A stretch of DNA of 64,000 nucleotides from a bacterium (GTDB lineage Bacteria; Patescibacteriota; Minisyncoccia; UBA6257; GWB1-50-10), in NCBI GenBank assembly GCA_021815205.1, contig JAKAHD010000001.1:89247-153246 (forward strand), in the 5' to 3' direction. Each line of letters starts with the position of its first letter. Position 1 is the first letter of the stretch. Positions 9,012 to 18,214 of this stretch are shown here, piece by piece. The position numbers and the translations under genes are program-made. The notes under the pieces were generated by a model. That model was not told the DNA's origin. It made no database searches and was given only the letters and a program-made list of their open reading frames with translations.

Positions 9012-10418
9012 ATGCGCGTCCATCCCCATACTCCTGTATTTGGAGACGTATCGAAAGACAGGTCCGTACACTTTGTCGGTATCGGAGGTATTGGCGTAAG
9101 TTCACTCGCCCGTTGGTTTCTCGCTCAAAAATGGGCTGTTTCTGGCTCTGATATCGTGAAGGGTGAAATTACCAAGGATCTCGAAAAACAGGGCTTAAAA
9201 GTCAAAATAGGGCATAAGAAGGGCAATATAGGCCCAAAAACGGGTCTTGTGGTGTATAGTAACGCCATAAGAAGCGACAACCCAGAGGTTATTGAGGCAA
9301 GGCGTCGGGGCATTCCCACGCTCTCCTATCCCGAGGCATTGGGGGCGCTCACCAGGGAGTATACGGCAATTACCGTCTCCGGCGCTCACGGGAAGAGTAC
9401 AACAACGTCGCTTCTTTCGCTTGTGCTTATCAAGGCGGGAATGGATCCGACGGTCATTGTGGGAACGAAGCTTAAAGAGTTCGTTCCGCCCGCTCGTGGA
9501 AGTAATTTCCGATTCGGCAAGAGCGAGTATCTTGTGCTCGAGGCCGACGAATGGAAGGCAGCGTTCCTCCACTACTCCCCTTCTCTTGCCATTATTACAA
9601 ACATCGATAAGGAACATTTGGATTTCTATAAAAACCTTTCGAATATAAAGAAAACGTTTCTGCGATTCATTGGAAACGTGCGGTCGGGCGGCGTGCTTGT
9701 CGTGAATCGCGATAGTAAGGAGCTTTACGGATTGCGCCCGCGCATCATGAAGATCGCGAGGGCGCATCGCCTGAAGGTTATGTGGTATTCGGTCGCCGGC
9801 TCCCCCACCGCTTTTACGCGGAAGGTAAGAGCGAATTTCTCGATTCCCGGGGCGCACAATATTTCAAATGCATGTGCGGTGTATACGCTCGCGCATCATC
9901 TGAAGATCAGAGATGAGGTTATTTTTTCCGCGTTAAAGCGTTATCGCGGCGCATGGCGCCGTTTTGAATATCGCGGTGTATTAAAAATTTCAAATTTCAA
10001 ATTAAAAATTTATGATGATTACGCGCACCACCCGACGGAGATCAAGGTGACGCTCCAGGCATTCAGGGAGAAATTTCCCAAATCACATCTTATCTGCGTC
10101 TTCGAGCCGCATCAGGCGAAGCGGCTGAGGTCGCTCTTTAGAGAGTTCGCTGGCGCGTTCAAGGGCGCGGATACGTTGATCCTTCTTCCCATTTATAGAG
10201 TGGCGGGGCGCGACAGAATCAATCCCCGCTATACCTCGGAGGCGCTCGCGAAAAAGATAAAGGGAGCAACGTATCTCCATAATAAAAAAAATTTACTGCA
10301 TGCGATTCGCGCTGTCATATCTAAAAATTTCAAATTTCAAATTTCAAATTACGTCGTGATCATGATGGGTGCCGGCACCATCGTCGAGGAAACGGACAAG
10401 CTTTTGCGAAACGAATGA
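9012..10418 (+). CDS. murC: UDP-N-acetylmuramate--L-alanine ligase
   Basis: Start moved to MRVHPHTP... before VHFVGIGGIGVSSLARW. GAHGKSTTTS P-loop, DDYAHHPTE and Mur ligase C-terminal domain are present. Two in-frame AT-rich 'aaatttcaaattt' microsatellite insertions at about 9975-10020 and 10325-10350. Confidence 0.85.
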   Translation: MRVHPHTPVFGDVSKDRSVHFVGIGGIGVSSLARWFLAQKWAVSGSDIVKGEITKDLEKQGLKVKIGHKKGNIGPKTGLVVYSNAIRSDNPEVIEARRRGIPTLSYPEALGALTREYTAITVSGAHGKSTTTSLLSLVLIKAGMDPTVIVGTKLKEFVPPARGSNFRFGKSEYLVLEADEWKAAFLHYSPSLAIITNIDKEHLDFYKNLSNIKKTFLRFIGNVRSGGVLVVNRDSKELYGLRPRIMKIARAHRLKVMWYSVAGSPTAFTRKVRANFSIPGAHNISNACAVYTLAHHLKIRDEVIFSALKRYRGAWRRFEYRGVLKISNFKLKIYDDYAHHPTEIKVTLQAFREKFPKSHLICVFEPHQAKRLRSLFREFAGAFKGADTLILLPIYRVAGRDRINPRYTSEALAKKIKGATYLHNKKNLLHAIRAVISKNFKFQISNYVVIMMGAGTIVEETDKLLRNE

Positions 10419-10494
10419 CTAATATCTAATTGCTCTAATTTCTAATGTGGCGTTTAGGTTAATTAGGAATTAGGTTAATTGGAAATTTGAACAG

Positions 10495-11259
10495 ATGAAC
10501 ACCTTTTCCACTCCCGAGGAGTTCAAGGAAACCTGCGGTTACGAGATCGACGGTTTCTGGTATCCGCGCGTGACAAAAATCGTCGAGATCAAGGCGAAGC
10601 CGGCGCTCTACCGCTTTTATGCGGCCTTAAAGAACTTCGACGAGGGGGAGCGGATCAAACAGAACTCCGCCGAGGAGGGCACCTTAATCCACGAGACAGT
10701 GGAGGCACTGCTTCTTGGAGAACGTCCTCTCATCCCCCCCTCCGTCGATTCTTCCATCAAGGCGTTTCTTGAGTTTGCGGAGAAGACGCATATCCGCGTC
10801 GAGAAAGAGTTCGTCGAGCGGCGGCTTGTGAACTTCGAAGAGCGCTACGCGGGTACGCTTGATGCAATCGCCTTGATCGACGGCAAGGTGGGAATCTTGG
10901 ATATCAAGACCTCGCAGGAAATCTATCGCGACTATAATCTCCAGACCTCCGCATATGTCGCCGCGATGAAGGACATCGTGCCGGAGCTCGAGACGAGGTG
11001 GATCCTGCGGATCGATCAAATGCGGCACTGCGACCGGTGCGGGAGCATCCTGCGGAGCAAGGGCGGAAGGGATAAGGTGCGCCTCAATTGGCGGAATTAC
11101 AACTCGAAAACATGTATGCACGAGTGGGGACCGCTTGAGGGGGAGGTAGAGTTTAAAGAGTTCCCCGCGTGGCACGACGACTACCACGCCTTCCTCGGCG
11201 CGAAGAAGTTATGGGAATGGGAGCACGCCGATTGGCTGAAGAAGGTGGGGTACCTTTAG
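10495..11259 (+). CDS. PD-(D/E)XK nuclease superfamily protein (RecB/Cas4-like fold) with four cysteines
   Basis: Motifs GTLDAIALIDGKVGILDIKTSQ (D...D-x-K) and QTSAY (QhxxY) typical of RecB-family nucleases. One N-terminal Cys (ETCGYE) plus C-terminal HCDRCG...C. No CRISPR array nearby. Confidence 0.55.
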   Translation: MNTFSTPEEFKETCGYEIDGFWYPRVTKIVEIKAKPALYRFYAALKNFDEGERIKQNSAEEGTLIHETVEALLLGERPLIPPSVDSSIKAFLEFAEKTHIRVEKEFVERRLVNFEERYAGTLDAIALIDGKVGILDIKTSQEIYRDYNLQTSAYVAAMKDIVPELETRWILRIDQMRHCDRCGSILRSKGGRDKVRLNWRNYNSKTCMHEWGPLEGEVEFKEFPAWHDDYHAFLGAKKLWEWEHADWLKKVGYL

Positions 11260-11336
11260 AGGTCATGGTGTAGCAATATTGAAGCCGTGCGAATCTTTGA
11301 TTCGCACGGCTTTGTTTCGTTAAAAACTTCTCCTTC

Positions 11337-11756
11337 TTATGAAAAGAAAGCAATAAGAATAATAAGAAGAAATATGAGGAGTACCCCCACCATCGTGGGC
11401 AAACGCCTCATTCTCCGCTCATGAGAGAGTTTCTTTAATGCGGCTTTTTTCTCGAGATCACTCTGCATTTGTCCTCCTCGAATTGCTCCGAGAAAAAGAA
11501 AGAGCGACTCGATGAGCCATAGCAATATGATGTCCATCGGTGTGAAGTCCACCATCTTTCCTATTATGATGATGGATATCCCCAATGAACAGGCAACCGC
11601 AATCAGTCCGCCGACGCGCACGCCGCCTCTTCTTAGGAAAGATCCAATTAAGAAGAGGATATACGACACAAATATCCCGATCCCCAAAACACTCCAGTTT
11701 TCCATAACCCACCTCCTTATGTTATTTTGAAGTTTCTTTGTATTTTGTAGTATCAC
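11337..11756 (-). CDS. hypothetical membrane protein (3-4 TM)
   Basis: 139 aa hydrophobic ORF. No family recognised. Confidence 0.4.
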   Translation of the reverse strand: MILQNTKKLQNNIRRWVMENWSVLGIGIFVSYILFLIGSFLRRGGVRVGGLIAVACSLGISIIIIGKMVDFTPMDIILLWLIESLFLFLGAIRGGQMQSDLEKKAALKKLSHERRMRRLPTMVGVLLIFLLIILIAFFS

Positions 11757-12000
11757 AATCTTTGCCTCGCGGTCAATAGTACCCGATACGTTAAGGACTG
11801 TGCGTCTCGATTATGATCGGCGTCTGGTTTTTCTCCTGTCCTACCAGAAAACCGACCCCAAAGCTTGCGAGGACGAGGAGCGCGAGCCCACCCCAGAAGA
11901 GAATCCATAGGCGGCGGTATTTTGCCCACTGTACGATATTCTTAATTATTGACATATTTTTGATTGTTCTATACTATTATACAAAAGTCTAAGGTGTTAT

Positions 12001-12100
12001 CCCGCAGCTATTTTACTATTCGACTCGTATCTCTGTGGGAGGATAGTGGTAAATATCTAACCGAGGAGCGGGTTCGAATCTACAGTAAAATAGTGCGGGA
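12001..12100 (+). ncRNA. candidate structured RNA/leader upstream of rpmA (unclassified)
   Basis: A 16-bp closing helix (cccgca-g-ctattttact / agtaaaatag-tgcggg) encloses about 65 nt with internal attcga/tcgaat pairing and a tRNA T-loop-like GGGTTCGAATC. The 11964-12197 ORF looks spurious. Class not determined. Confidence 0.25.
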
Positions 12101-12160
12101 CGCTCATGATTGTAACGAAATTTTTTCGCTCACAATCGTGAGCTTAAAATTTCGACAATC

Positions 12161-12445
12161 ATGGCGCATACTAAAGCGAAAGGATCAACTAAGTTAGGAC
12201 GAGAATCAGAGTCCAAACGGCTTGGCGTGAAGCTTTTTGACGGTGAGACGGCGAAACCGGGCGATATCCTAATCCGGCAACGCGGCACAAAGTACTACCC
12301 CGGTGTGAACGTGCGCCGCGGCGGCGATGACACGCTCTACGCGGTACAGCACGGTACGGTAAAGTTTACGAAGAAGAAGAAAGAGAATTTCAACGGTTCT
12401 ACGAGAAAAGTGAGTGTGGTGAACGTCCTCGAAAAAACCTCCTAA
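12161..12445 (+). CDS. rpmA: 50S ribosomal protein L27
   Basis: [24 protein letters not shown]...[11 protein letters not shown] matches the L27 family almost motif-for-motif. Confidence 0.92.
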   Translation: MAHTKAKGSTKLGRESESKRLGVKLFDGETAKPGDILIRQRGTKYYPGVNVRRGGDDTLYAVQHGTVKFTKKKKENFNGSTRKVSVVNVLEKTS

Positions 12446-12469
12446 TTATCGGGAGGTTTTCTTTTATTC
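12437..12469 (+). terminator. rho-independent terminator after rpmA (possibly bidirectional)
   Basis: Stem cctcc/ggagg with 9-nt loop, flanked by aaaaaa upstream and ttttcttttatt downstream. A second 13-bp perfect hairpin (ccaaatgaaaatg/cattttcatttgg) lies at 12485-12515. Confidence 0.55.
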
Positions 12470-12618
12470 CGACGAGCGAGAGAGCCAAATGAAAATGGAT
12501 ACATTTTCATTTGGGCCGAGCGATGTCGGAACAAAGGTTGAATACCTCGCGGCGTGCCGCGAGGGCGGACGAGCGAAGCGAGTTCCGCGAATACCGCGGG
12601 GCTTGCCCCGCGGAACCT

Positions 12619-13056
12619 TTATTCCGGTTCGACTTGGATATTAATCTCGGTTCGTACGCCTTCGCCGAAGTTGATGGCGACCGGATGAGTGCCGAGTGTT
12701 TTGATCGGCCGATCGAGCTCCGCATGTGCGTTTAAAATCCCCCGCTCCCCGAGCTTTTTCTCGATGTCATTCTTCGTGACCGAGCCGAATACGGATTCGT
12801 GCGCTCCCGTCTTTACCGTAAAGGAGAATGTTTTTCCCTGGATTGTCTTCGCTTGCTCCTGGAGTTTCGATAGAAGCGCATGATGCGCCGCTTCGTGTTC
12901 CGCTCTCTGCCTTTCGAGCTTTACGAGCGCATCTTTCGTCGCGGGTATCGCAAGTTTTTTCGGGATGAGGGCGTTCCTCGCATAGCCGTCCGAGACGTGC
13001 TTCACCTCGGATTTTTTCCCGACACCGCGGACATCCCGAAGGAGAATGACTTGCAT
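12619..13056 (-). CDS. rplI: 50S ribosomal protein L9
   Basis: MQVILLRDVRGVGKKSEVKHVSDGYARNALIPKKLAIPATK matches the L9 N-domain. 145 aa. Confidence 0.9.
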   Translation of the reverse strand: MQVILLRDVRGVGKKSEVKHVSDGYARNALIPKKLAIPATKDALVKLERQRAEHEAAHHALLSKLQEQAKTIQGKTFSFTVKTGAHESVFGSVTKNDIEKKLGERGILNAHAELDRPIKTLGTHPVAINFGEGVRTEINIQVEPE

Positions 13057-13064
13057 GTATTTCT

Positions 13065-13177
13065 CTACGAATTACGAATTGAGTACGAATATACGAAAAC
13101 GAAGAGATTTTTCACTGCGTTCAGAATGACACAAAAGGTACAAATTCGTATATTCGTAAGTCATTCGTATTTCGTAG
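13065..13177 (-). repeat. hairpin-rich leader repeat (family R3) copy 2, 8 nt upstream of the rplI start codon
   Basis: Read in gene orientation: 'gctacgaaatacgaat...tacgaatatacgaa...ttcgtatattcgta...aattcgtaattcgtagagaaatacATG'. Confidence 0.7.
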
Positions 13178-14395
13178 CTATTTCGCCATCTCTTGCTTAA
13201 TGATCTCTATCGCCTTATCGTACTGGGGATCTTTTCCTTCTTTTGTATTCTGATCCGTAATTGGCACTTGTATGTCGGGCTGAAGCCCAATCTTATTAAT
13301 GGTATGTCCGTCTGGTGTGAGCCATTCGGCGATCGAGACCTTCAAGGATGATCCGTCTTTCAGTGTTTGCACCTCCTGCACACTCCCCTTCCCGAACGTT
13401 TTTTCTCCAATGAGTTTGATGCTCCGATCGTCGCGAAGCGCTCCCGAGAGAATCTCGGAGGCAGACGCCGAACCTCCGTCAATAAGAACCACGACCGGCA
13501 TGTGCGTGAGCGCCGCATTCCCATTCGCCCGAAGGATGTTCTCGTCTCCCGAACGGAGCTTCTCCTTCACAACCACGTCTCCTCTCGGCAGGAACCATCC
13601 CGCGATATCCGTTGCTACCTCAAGGAAACCTCCCGGATCGCCTCGGAGATCAAGTACCACCCCGCGCGCTCCCTGGAGCAGCGCCGAGAGCGCCGCTTCG
13701 TAGAAGAGCGATGAGGCGTTCGCGCTGAAGTTATAGAGTTGAATGTAGGCGATGTTGCCGTTTACCATCTTCCAGTCAAGTGTCGGAATATGGATGGTCT
13801 TGCGGGTAATGTCGAATTCTTTCGCCGCCTTCCATCCGTTCCGCATAACCATAAGTTTCACCTTAGTGTCAATTGGGCCTCGGATGAGATTCACCGCTTC
13901 GTCTACACTCAAGTCGCTCGTTACGATCGTGTCGTCAATCTTCAGGATCTGATCGCCCGTCTTGAGCCCCGCCTTTTCCGCAGGATTCCCCTTGATGGGA
14001 GCAATCACCGTGAGTTGATTGTTTCGTATACCGATCTCGGCGCCGATACCTCCGAAGCTGCCGCTCAGATCTTCGTTGAATTTTTTCGCGTTGCTCGGCG
14101 TGAAGAACACGGTGTACGGATCGCCCGTTGACTGCACCGCTCCTTTGATCGCGCCGTACACGATGTCCTGATCGCTTATTTTATGTATCCCATAGTAATT
14201 ATCCTTCAGTGCTTTCACCGCATCCCAGAACAAGGAGAAGTCGGCGTTCTGCAGTAAGCTGTTTTGAACCCCGTTCGTTGCCGTCGATGCGGCGTCCTTC
14301 ACGGAACCGATCTTGTACCCGCCGTAGAACGTAGCGGCCAGAAGGATGATTGCAACGCCGATCGCGGCGATTCTTTTCCTTGAGAAAAAACCCAT
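13178..14395 (-). CDS. ctp: carboxy-terminal processing protease (peptidase S41)
   Basis: Signal anchor, PDZ region (GGIGAEIGI...KGNPAEKAGLKTGDQILKIDD), S41 catalytic region (VLIDGGSASASEILSGAL...GEKTFGKGSVQ). Confidence 0.85.
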   Translation of the reverse strand: MGFFSRKRIAAIGVAIILLAATFYGGYKIGSVKDAASTATNGVQNSLLQNADFSLFWDAVKALKDNYYGIHKISDQDIVYGAIKGAVQSTGDPYTVFFTPSNAKKFNEDLSGSFGGIGAEIGIRNNQLTVIAPIKGNPAEKAGLKTGDQILKIDDTIVTSDLSVDEAVNLIRGPIDTKVKLMVMRNGWKAAKEFDITRKTIHIPTLDWKMVNGNIAYIQLYNFSANASSLFYEAALSALLQGARGVVLDLRGDPGGFLEVATDIAGWFLPRGDVVVKEKLRSGDENILRANGNAALTHMPVVVLIDGGSASASEILSGALRDDRSIKLIGEKTFGKGSVQEVQTLKDGSSLKVSIAEWLTPDGHTINKIGLQPDIQVPITDQNTKEGKDPQYDKAIEIIKQEMAK

Positions 14396-14520
14396 ACGTC
14401 TATTTAAGAGGAAATCGAGTGAAAAGGCAATTACGATTCTCTGTTGGCATTTTACGATAGTTTAACATAGAATATGAAGGTGAGAGCTTGAGTAATTAGG
14501 CGGTAACTAGGTTGTAATTA

Positions 14521-14625
14521 ACGGTAATTACGTTGTTCGTGCAATGAATTTCTACTTCATTTCTACTTCATTTCTACTTCATTTCTACTTAATTACTACT
14601 TAATTACTACTTCATTTCCATTAAT
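14521..14625. repeat. tandem microsatellite repeats
   Basis: 'catttctactt' x4 then 'aattactactt' x2, preceded by 'taattaggcgg/taactaggttg/taattaacgg/taattacgttg' iterations. Confidence 0.8.
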
Positions 14626-14653
14626 TACTCAATGTTGTTCAAATTTTCTTCAT

Positions 14654-14950
14654 ATGTCAGGGAAAAACACCGCAGATGGAAAGAGTGAAAATTACCTCGC
14701 CTCTCTGAAGCGGCGGGGAAAAGAAAGCCACGTATACAGGAGATATCAGATGACGGGCTTGATGCTCTCCGAGATCTTGCATGATAGTGCCCACAAGGCG
14801 CTCTATATCAAGCTTGCGAAAGAGCACAATGAAGAGAAGCTTCTACGGCTTGCAAAGGATATCGCGGAGAAAAAGAACGTGAGAAACAAAGGAGCGTATT
14901 TTATGAGGGTATGGTTCGATGGAGAGAAAAATTCTGCGCATCACCAATAA
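14654..14950 (+). CDS. hypothetical protein
   Basis: 98 aa ORF overlapping the def start by 32 nt. Basic/charged, no family recognised. Confidence 0.3.
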   Translation: MSGKNTADGKSENYLASLKRRGKESHVYRRYQMTGLMLSEILHDSAHKALYIKLAKEHNEEKLLRLAKDIAEKKNVRNKGAYFMRVWFDGEKNSAHHQ

Positions 14951-15419
14951 GGAGGAGGATTTGTGTTTGCGGAAGAAAACGATTCCGTATGATTTCGCCG
15001 CACATTCCCTCAAGGAAACGCAGGCGTTCGTGAGATCAATGCGGGAGGTGATGAAACGCGCGGACGGCGTCGGACTTTCGGCGAATCAGATCGGGCTTCC
15101 CTATCGCGTCTTTGTGGCACAAGTGCCGGACAGTCAGGGAGCACAGAAGTTCTACGCGGTCTTTAATCCGGAGATCGTGAAGCGGTCGAAAGAAACGGAG
15201 GCTCTCGAAGAAGGGTGCTTGAGCGTACCAAATACGTTCGGTTCCGTCGATCGGCATTACCGCGTGACGCTCACTGGATTCGATGCGCGCGGCAAGAAGC
15301 TCAAAATCAACGCGTGGGGACTCCTCGCGAGAGTGTTCCAGCACGAGGTGGATCACCTGGACGGGAAGGTGTTTGTGGATAAGGCGAAGATAGTGCACGA
15401 AGTCGGCGAGGATGGCTAA
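14919..15419 (+). CDS. def: peptide deformylase
   Basis: Motifs GVGLSANQIG, EGCLSVP and QHEVDHLDG (HExxH). Confidence 0.9.
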   Translation: MERKILRITNKEEDLCLRKKTIPYDFAAHSLKETQAFVRSMREVMKRADGVGLSANQIGLPYRVFVAQVPDSQGAQKFYAVFNPEIVKRSKETEALEEGCLSVPNTFGSVDRHYRVTLTGFDARGKKLKINAWGLLARVFQHEVDHLDGKVFVDKAKIVHEVGEDG

Positions 15420-15519
15420 TTTTTAATTTACAATTTTAAATGAATCAATTTTTAAAAATTAAAACATTACTACATTGAGTATTGAATGAAAATTTCAAAT
15501 TAAAAATTTAAGAATTAAA

Positions 15520-16365
15520 ATGAATTATGTATTTTTCGGCACTCCGCGTTTTGCGGAGATCGTCTTCCAGAAACTCATCGAGGGCGGCATGCCGCCGTCT
15601 CTTGTGGTCACGAACCCCGACCGTCCCGTAGGAAGGAAGCAAATAATAACTCCTTCGCCGGTGAAGGCGCTCGCCGGACGATACGCGATACCCCTTTTGC
15701 AGCCAGAAGATATTAAAAATTTTGTCCCTACGGGACATCTCCCGGAGGGAGACAAATTGCATTTCGCCATTCTCGCCTCATACGGCAAGATTATCCCGAA
15801 GGAGATCATCGGCCTCTTTCCAAGAGGGATTGTGGTGGTGCACCCCTCCCTTCTCCCGAAATATCGCGGCGCGACACCGATTCAATCCGCGCTTCTCGCG
15901 GGAGACGAGGAAACGGGCGTGAGTCTTATCCGCATGGACGAGAAAGTGGATCATGGGCCGATTATCGCGGAACGCGAATTGAATAAGGAATTAGGAATTA
16001 TGAGTTATGAATCTCTGCACGACGCACTCGCCAAACTGAGCGGCGAACTTCTCCTTGAAACAATTCCCGAATATCTTGCGGGAACAATAACACCGCGGGA
16101 GCAGAATCATGCGGAGGCGACATTCACGAGAAAATTTTCCGCGGACGATGCGTTCGTGGGCGAAGAAGAATTACACAAAGCGGAGACGGCGGGCGGTGAA
16201 ACTGCAGTAACAATAGATCGGATGATCCGCGCGCTGAATCCCGAACCGGGAGTATGGACGCTTCGCGGAGGAAAACGAATCAAGCTCCTTGAGGCGGAGC
16301 TTGTCGAAGGAAAATTAAAACTGAAGAAGATTCAGGAGGAAGGAAAAACCCCAAGAGCGGTCTAA
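15520..16365 (+). CDS. fmt: methionyl-tRNA formyltransferase
   Basis: N-terminal formyltransferase domain (VFFGTP...VVTNPDRPVGRK, HPSLLPKYRGATPIQSALL) plus C-terminal domain. Adjacent to def. Confidence 0.9.
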   Translation: MNYVFFGTPRFAEIVFQKLIEGGMPPSLVVTNPDRPVGRKQIITPSPVKALAGRYAIPLLQPEDIKNFVPTGHLPEGDKLHFAILASYGKIIPKEIIGLFPRGIVVVHPSLLPKYRGATPIQSALLAGDEETGVSLIRMDEKVDHGPIIAERELNKELGIMSYESLHDALAKLSGELLLETIPEYLAGTITPREQNHAEATFTRKFSADDAFVGEEELHKAETAGGETAVTIDRMIRALNPEPGVWTLRGGKRIKLLEAELVEGKLKLKKIQEEGKTPRAV

Positions 16366-16492
16366 TTTCTTAATTATCGTGGTCGCGGTGCGTTAGGTTG
16401 TAATGAGTTGATATACCGATGAAGGGCGACGGAATTGCCGATCGATGCATGTGTGGGGTTTGCACGATCAGGGTCGTTTCTTGTACGTTTCC

Positions 16493-16888
16493 TTACTGGC
16501 GGGACACAAAAGAAAAGAGCAGGGCCCTTATTTCTTCCCGAAACGGCAACGAGCCGAGTCTCTCGATTGGCACCCATTCGAGTTCGTAAAAATTTTCCGG
16601 CGAGTTCCGCTCCGCTTCGGGGCCGCCGAGCTTTGGAGTGCCGACCCATGATTCAGCAACGTAGAACGATTCCGATGCATCGTTCGCGGCGAGCGATCCG
16701 ATCTTCTCGCCGAGCACGATGTCGAGACTTGTTTCTTCCCTAAGCTCCCGTACCGCGGCGTATTCCTCGGTTTCGCCTTCTTCCACCCCTCCCCCGGGAA
16801 CGGCATAATATTCTTTACCGTGTTTGCGGCGGTGAAGGAGCAGTACGTTTTTCCCGTCGAACACAAATACCGCAACGCGTTGTCTCAT
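16493..16888 (-). CDS. NUDIX hydrolase
   Basis: Nudix box GGGVEEGETEEYAAVRELREETSLD. Confidence 0.75.
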   Translation of the reverse strand: MRQRVAVFVFDGKNVLLLHRRKHGKEYYAVPGGGVEEGETEEYAAVRELREETSLDIVLGEKIGSLAANDASESFYVAESWVGTPKLGGPEAERNSPENFYELEWVPIERLGSLPFREEIRALLFSFVSRQ

Positions 16889-16924
16889 AAAGATGTGCCC
16901 TTCTCTGTTTCTTCGCTGCCAAAT

Positions 16925-17533
16925 TCAACTATGGGTTGACTCTGGAATCAATTGCCTTCGGAAATAGCAAATAAAGAGAAGTGCGATATTAGCTGATGTT
17001 ATCGCGGCTAGATACGTAACCGTCAATGCATTATATTCTTTTAGCGCCGATATCGCAAAAATATTTGACGCTGAAAATAACATCCAAGAAATTAAAGTTT
17101 CACTCCACGGCTCCTCATATGACTTTCTAAAACTTGGAACATACCCGATTACGTCGATTGCGGAAACCATGAGCACGGAAATAAGAGGTTGATGTAATTG
17201 CCACCACACCACAATTGCGGCCAAGGCCGCAATCAAGATAACCATATCGCTTTTGGTGATATTTTTTGTTCCATACTTTAGCGAAAATAAAAAAACCGCG
17301 ATTACAAAAAGAGTTCCAACCGTTAACTCTAACGCACCCCACCCTCCGCCGCCATACCAAATTCCAAAGACCGCAGTTCCTTGAGTAATCGCCCAGATAA
17401 GCCACGTATAAACGTGAGGCTTTGTTTTTAATGAAAAGGTGTCTTTAAAATACAGGAGGAAAGCAACAATTCCGATAAGCGTGGCAACTAGGGTAAGAAT
17501 TATCTTTATATCCATGACTATTTTCGCCGCCAA
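16925..17533 (-). CDS. hypothetical polytopic membrane protein
   Basis: 202 aa, about 6 TM helices, no recognisable family. Confidence 0.45.
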   Translation of the reverse strand: MAAKIVMDIKIILTLVATLIGIVAFLLYFKDTFSLKTKPHVYTWLIWAITQGTAVFGIWYGGGGWGALELTVGTLFVIAVFLFSLKYGTKNITKSDMVILIAALAAIVVWWQLHQPLISVLMVSAIDVIGYVPSFRKSYEEPWSETLISWMLFSASNIFAISALKEYNALTVTYLAAITSANIALLFICYFRRQLIPESTHS

Positions 17534-17536
17534 CTA

Positions 17537-18157
17537 TTAATTTTGAACTTTCACAAAATAGCAGAGCCAATTTGTTTTTTGCCTATCATGTTCGGTGTGT
17601 GTACTCATTCTAACAACCGAAAAGCCATTTTGTTCAAGTAGATTTTTGAATTCATCCTGAGTATAGAATGAAAAATAACGACTTATGCCTCCATACTTAT
17701 TTTCATCTATCATTCCTTCGTCCATTCCATTTTTTTCTTTGACCGAGATAAAACCGATGCCGCCGTTTTTAGTAATTCGCTTTGCTTCCTGTAAAACTCC
17801 AGCGACATCGTTTTTGGGAATGTGCAGAAAACTGGCGGCCGCCCAAAATCCGTCAAATTCTTCGTCTGGGAAGATGGTTTTGCCAAAATCCATTTTTTGA
17901 AATTTTCCTTTTGGCACCCGCTCGCTTGCTACTTTCAACATTCCATCCGAAGCGTCTATACCCGTGTAGTCAAAACCGTTTTCCACAAAAACGGCGGCAT
18001 CTCGTCCGGCTCCACAGCCGAGGTCAATAACTTTTTTGCCACTGGTCATGCTTTTATAAAAATCAAACTCATCAACCCAAAAGTGATCAAAATGGCCCGC
18101 ACTGTAGCCAAAAGCAATTTTGTCGTAGGTTTCGGTTGTTTTCTGCTTGAAGTCCAT
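17537..18157 (-). CDS. class I SAM-dependent methyltransferase
   Basis: Motif I VIDLGCGAGRDA and post-I acidic residue. 206 aa. Confidence 0.75.
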   Translation of the reverse strand: MDFKQKTTETYDKIAFGYSAGHFDHFWVDEFDFYKSMTSGKKVIDLGCGAGRDAAVFVENGFDYTGIDASDGMLKVASERVPKGKFQKMDFGKTIFPDEEFDGFWAAASFLHIPKNDVAGVLQEAKRITKNGGIGFISVKEKNGMDEGMIDENKYGGISRYFSFYTQDEFKNLLEQNGFSVVRMSTHTEHDRQKTNWLCYFVKVQN

Positions 18158-18214
18158 AATTATTTTTCTGTCGGCTCAAACTGGATAATTTGAAAGCCCT
18201 ATTTCTCTACATTT

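Noticed and set aside
11964-12197. 77-aa plus-strand ORF upstream of rpmA
   Set aside because: Overlaps the structured region and the rpmA start. Composition and position argue for noncoding leader.
15420-15520. AT-rich 'aaatttcaaattt / ttttaaatt' tracts (also 4400-4490, 10420-10495, 59620-59760, 60420-60520) considered as CRISPR-like arrays
   Set aside because: No fixed-length repeat/spacer periodicity. They are irregular A/T microsatellite-like spacers typical of this genome's intergenic DNA.
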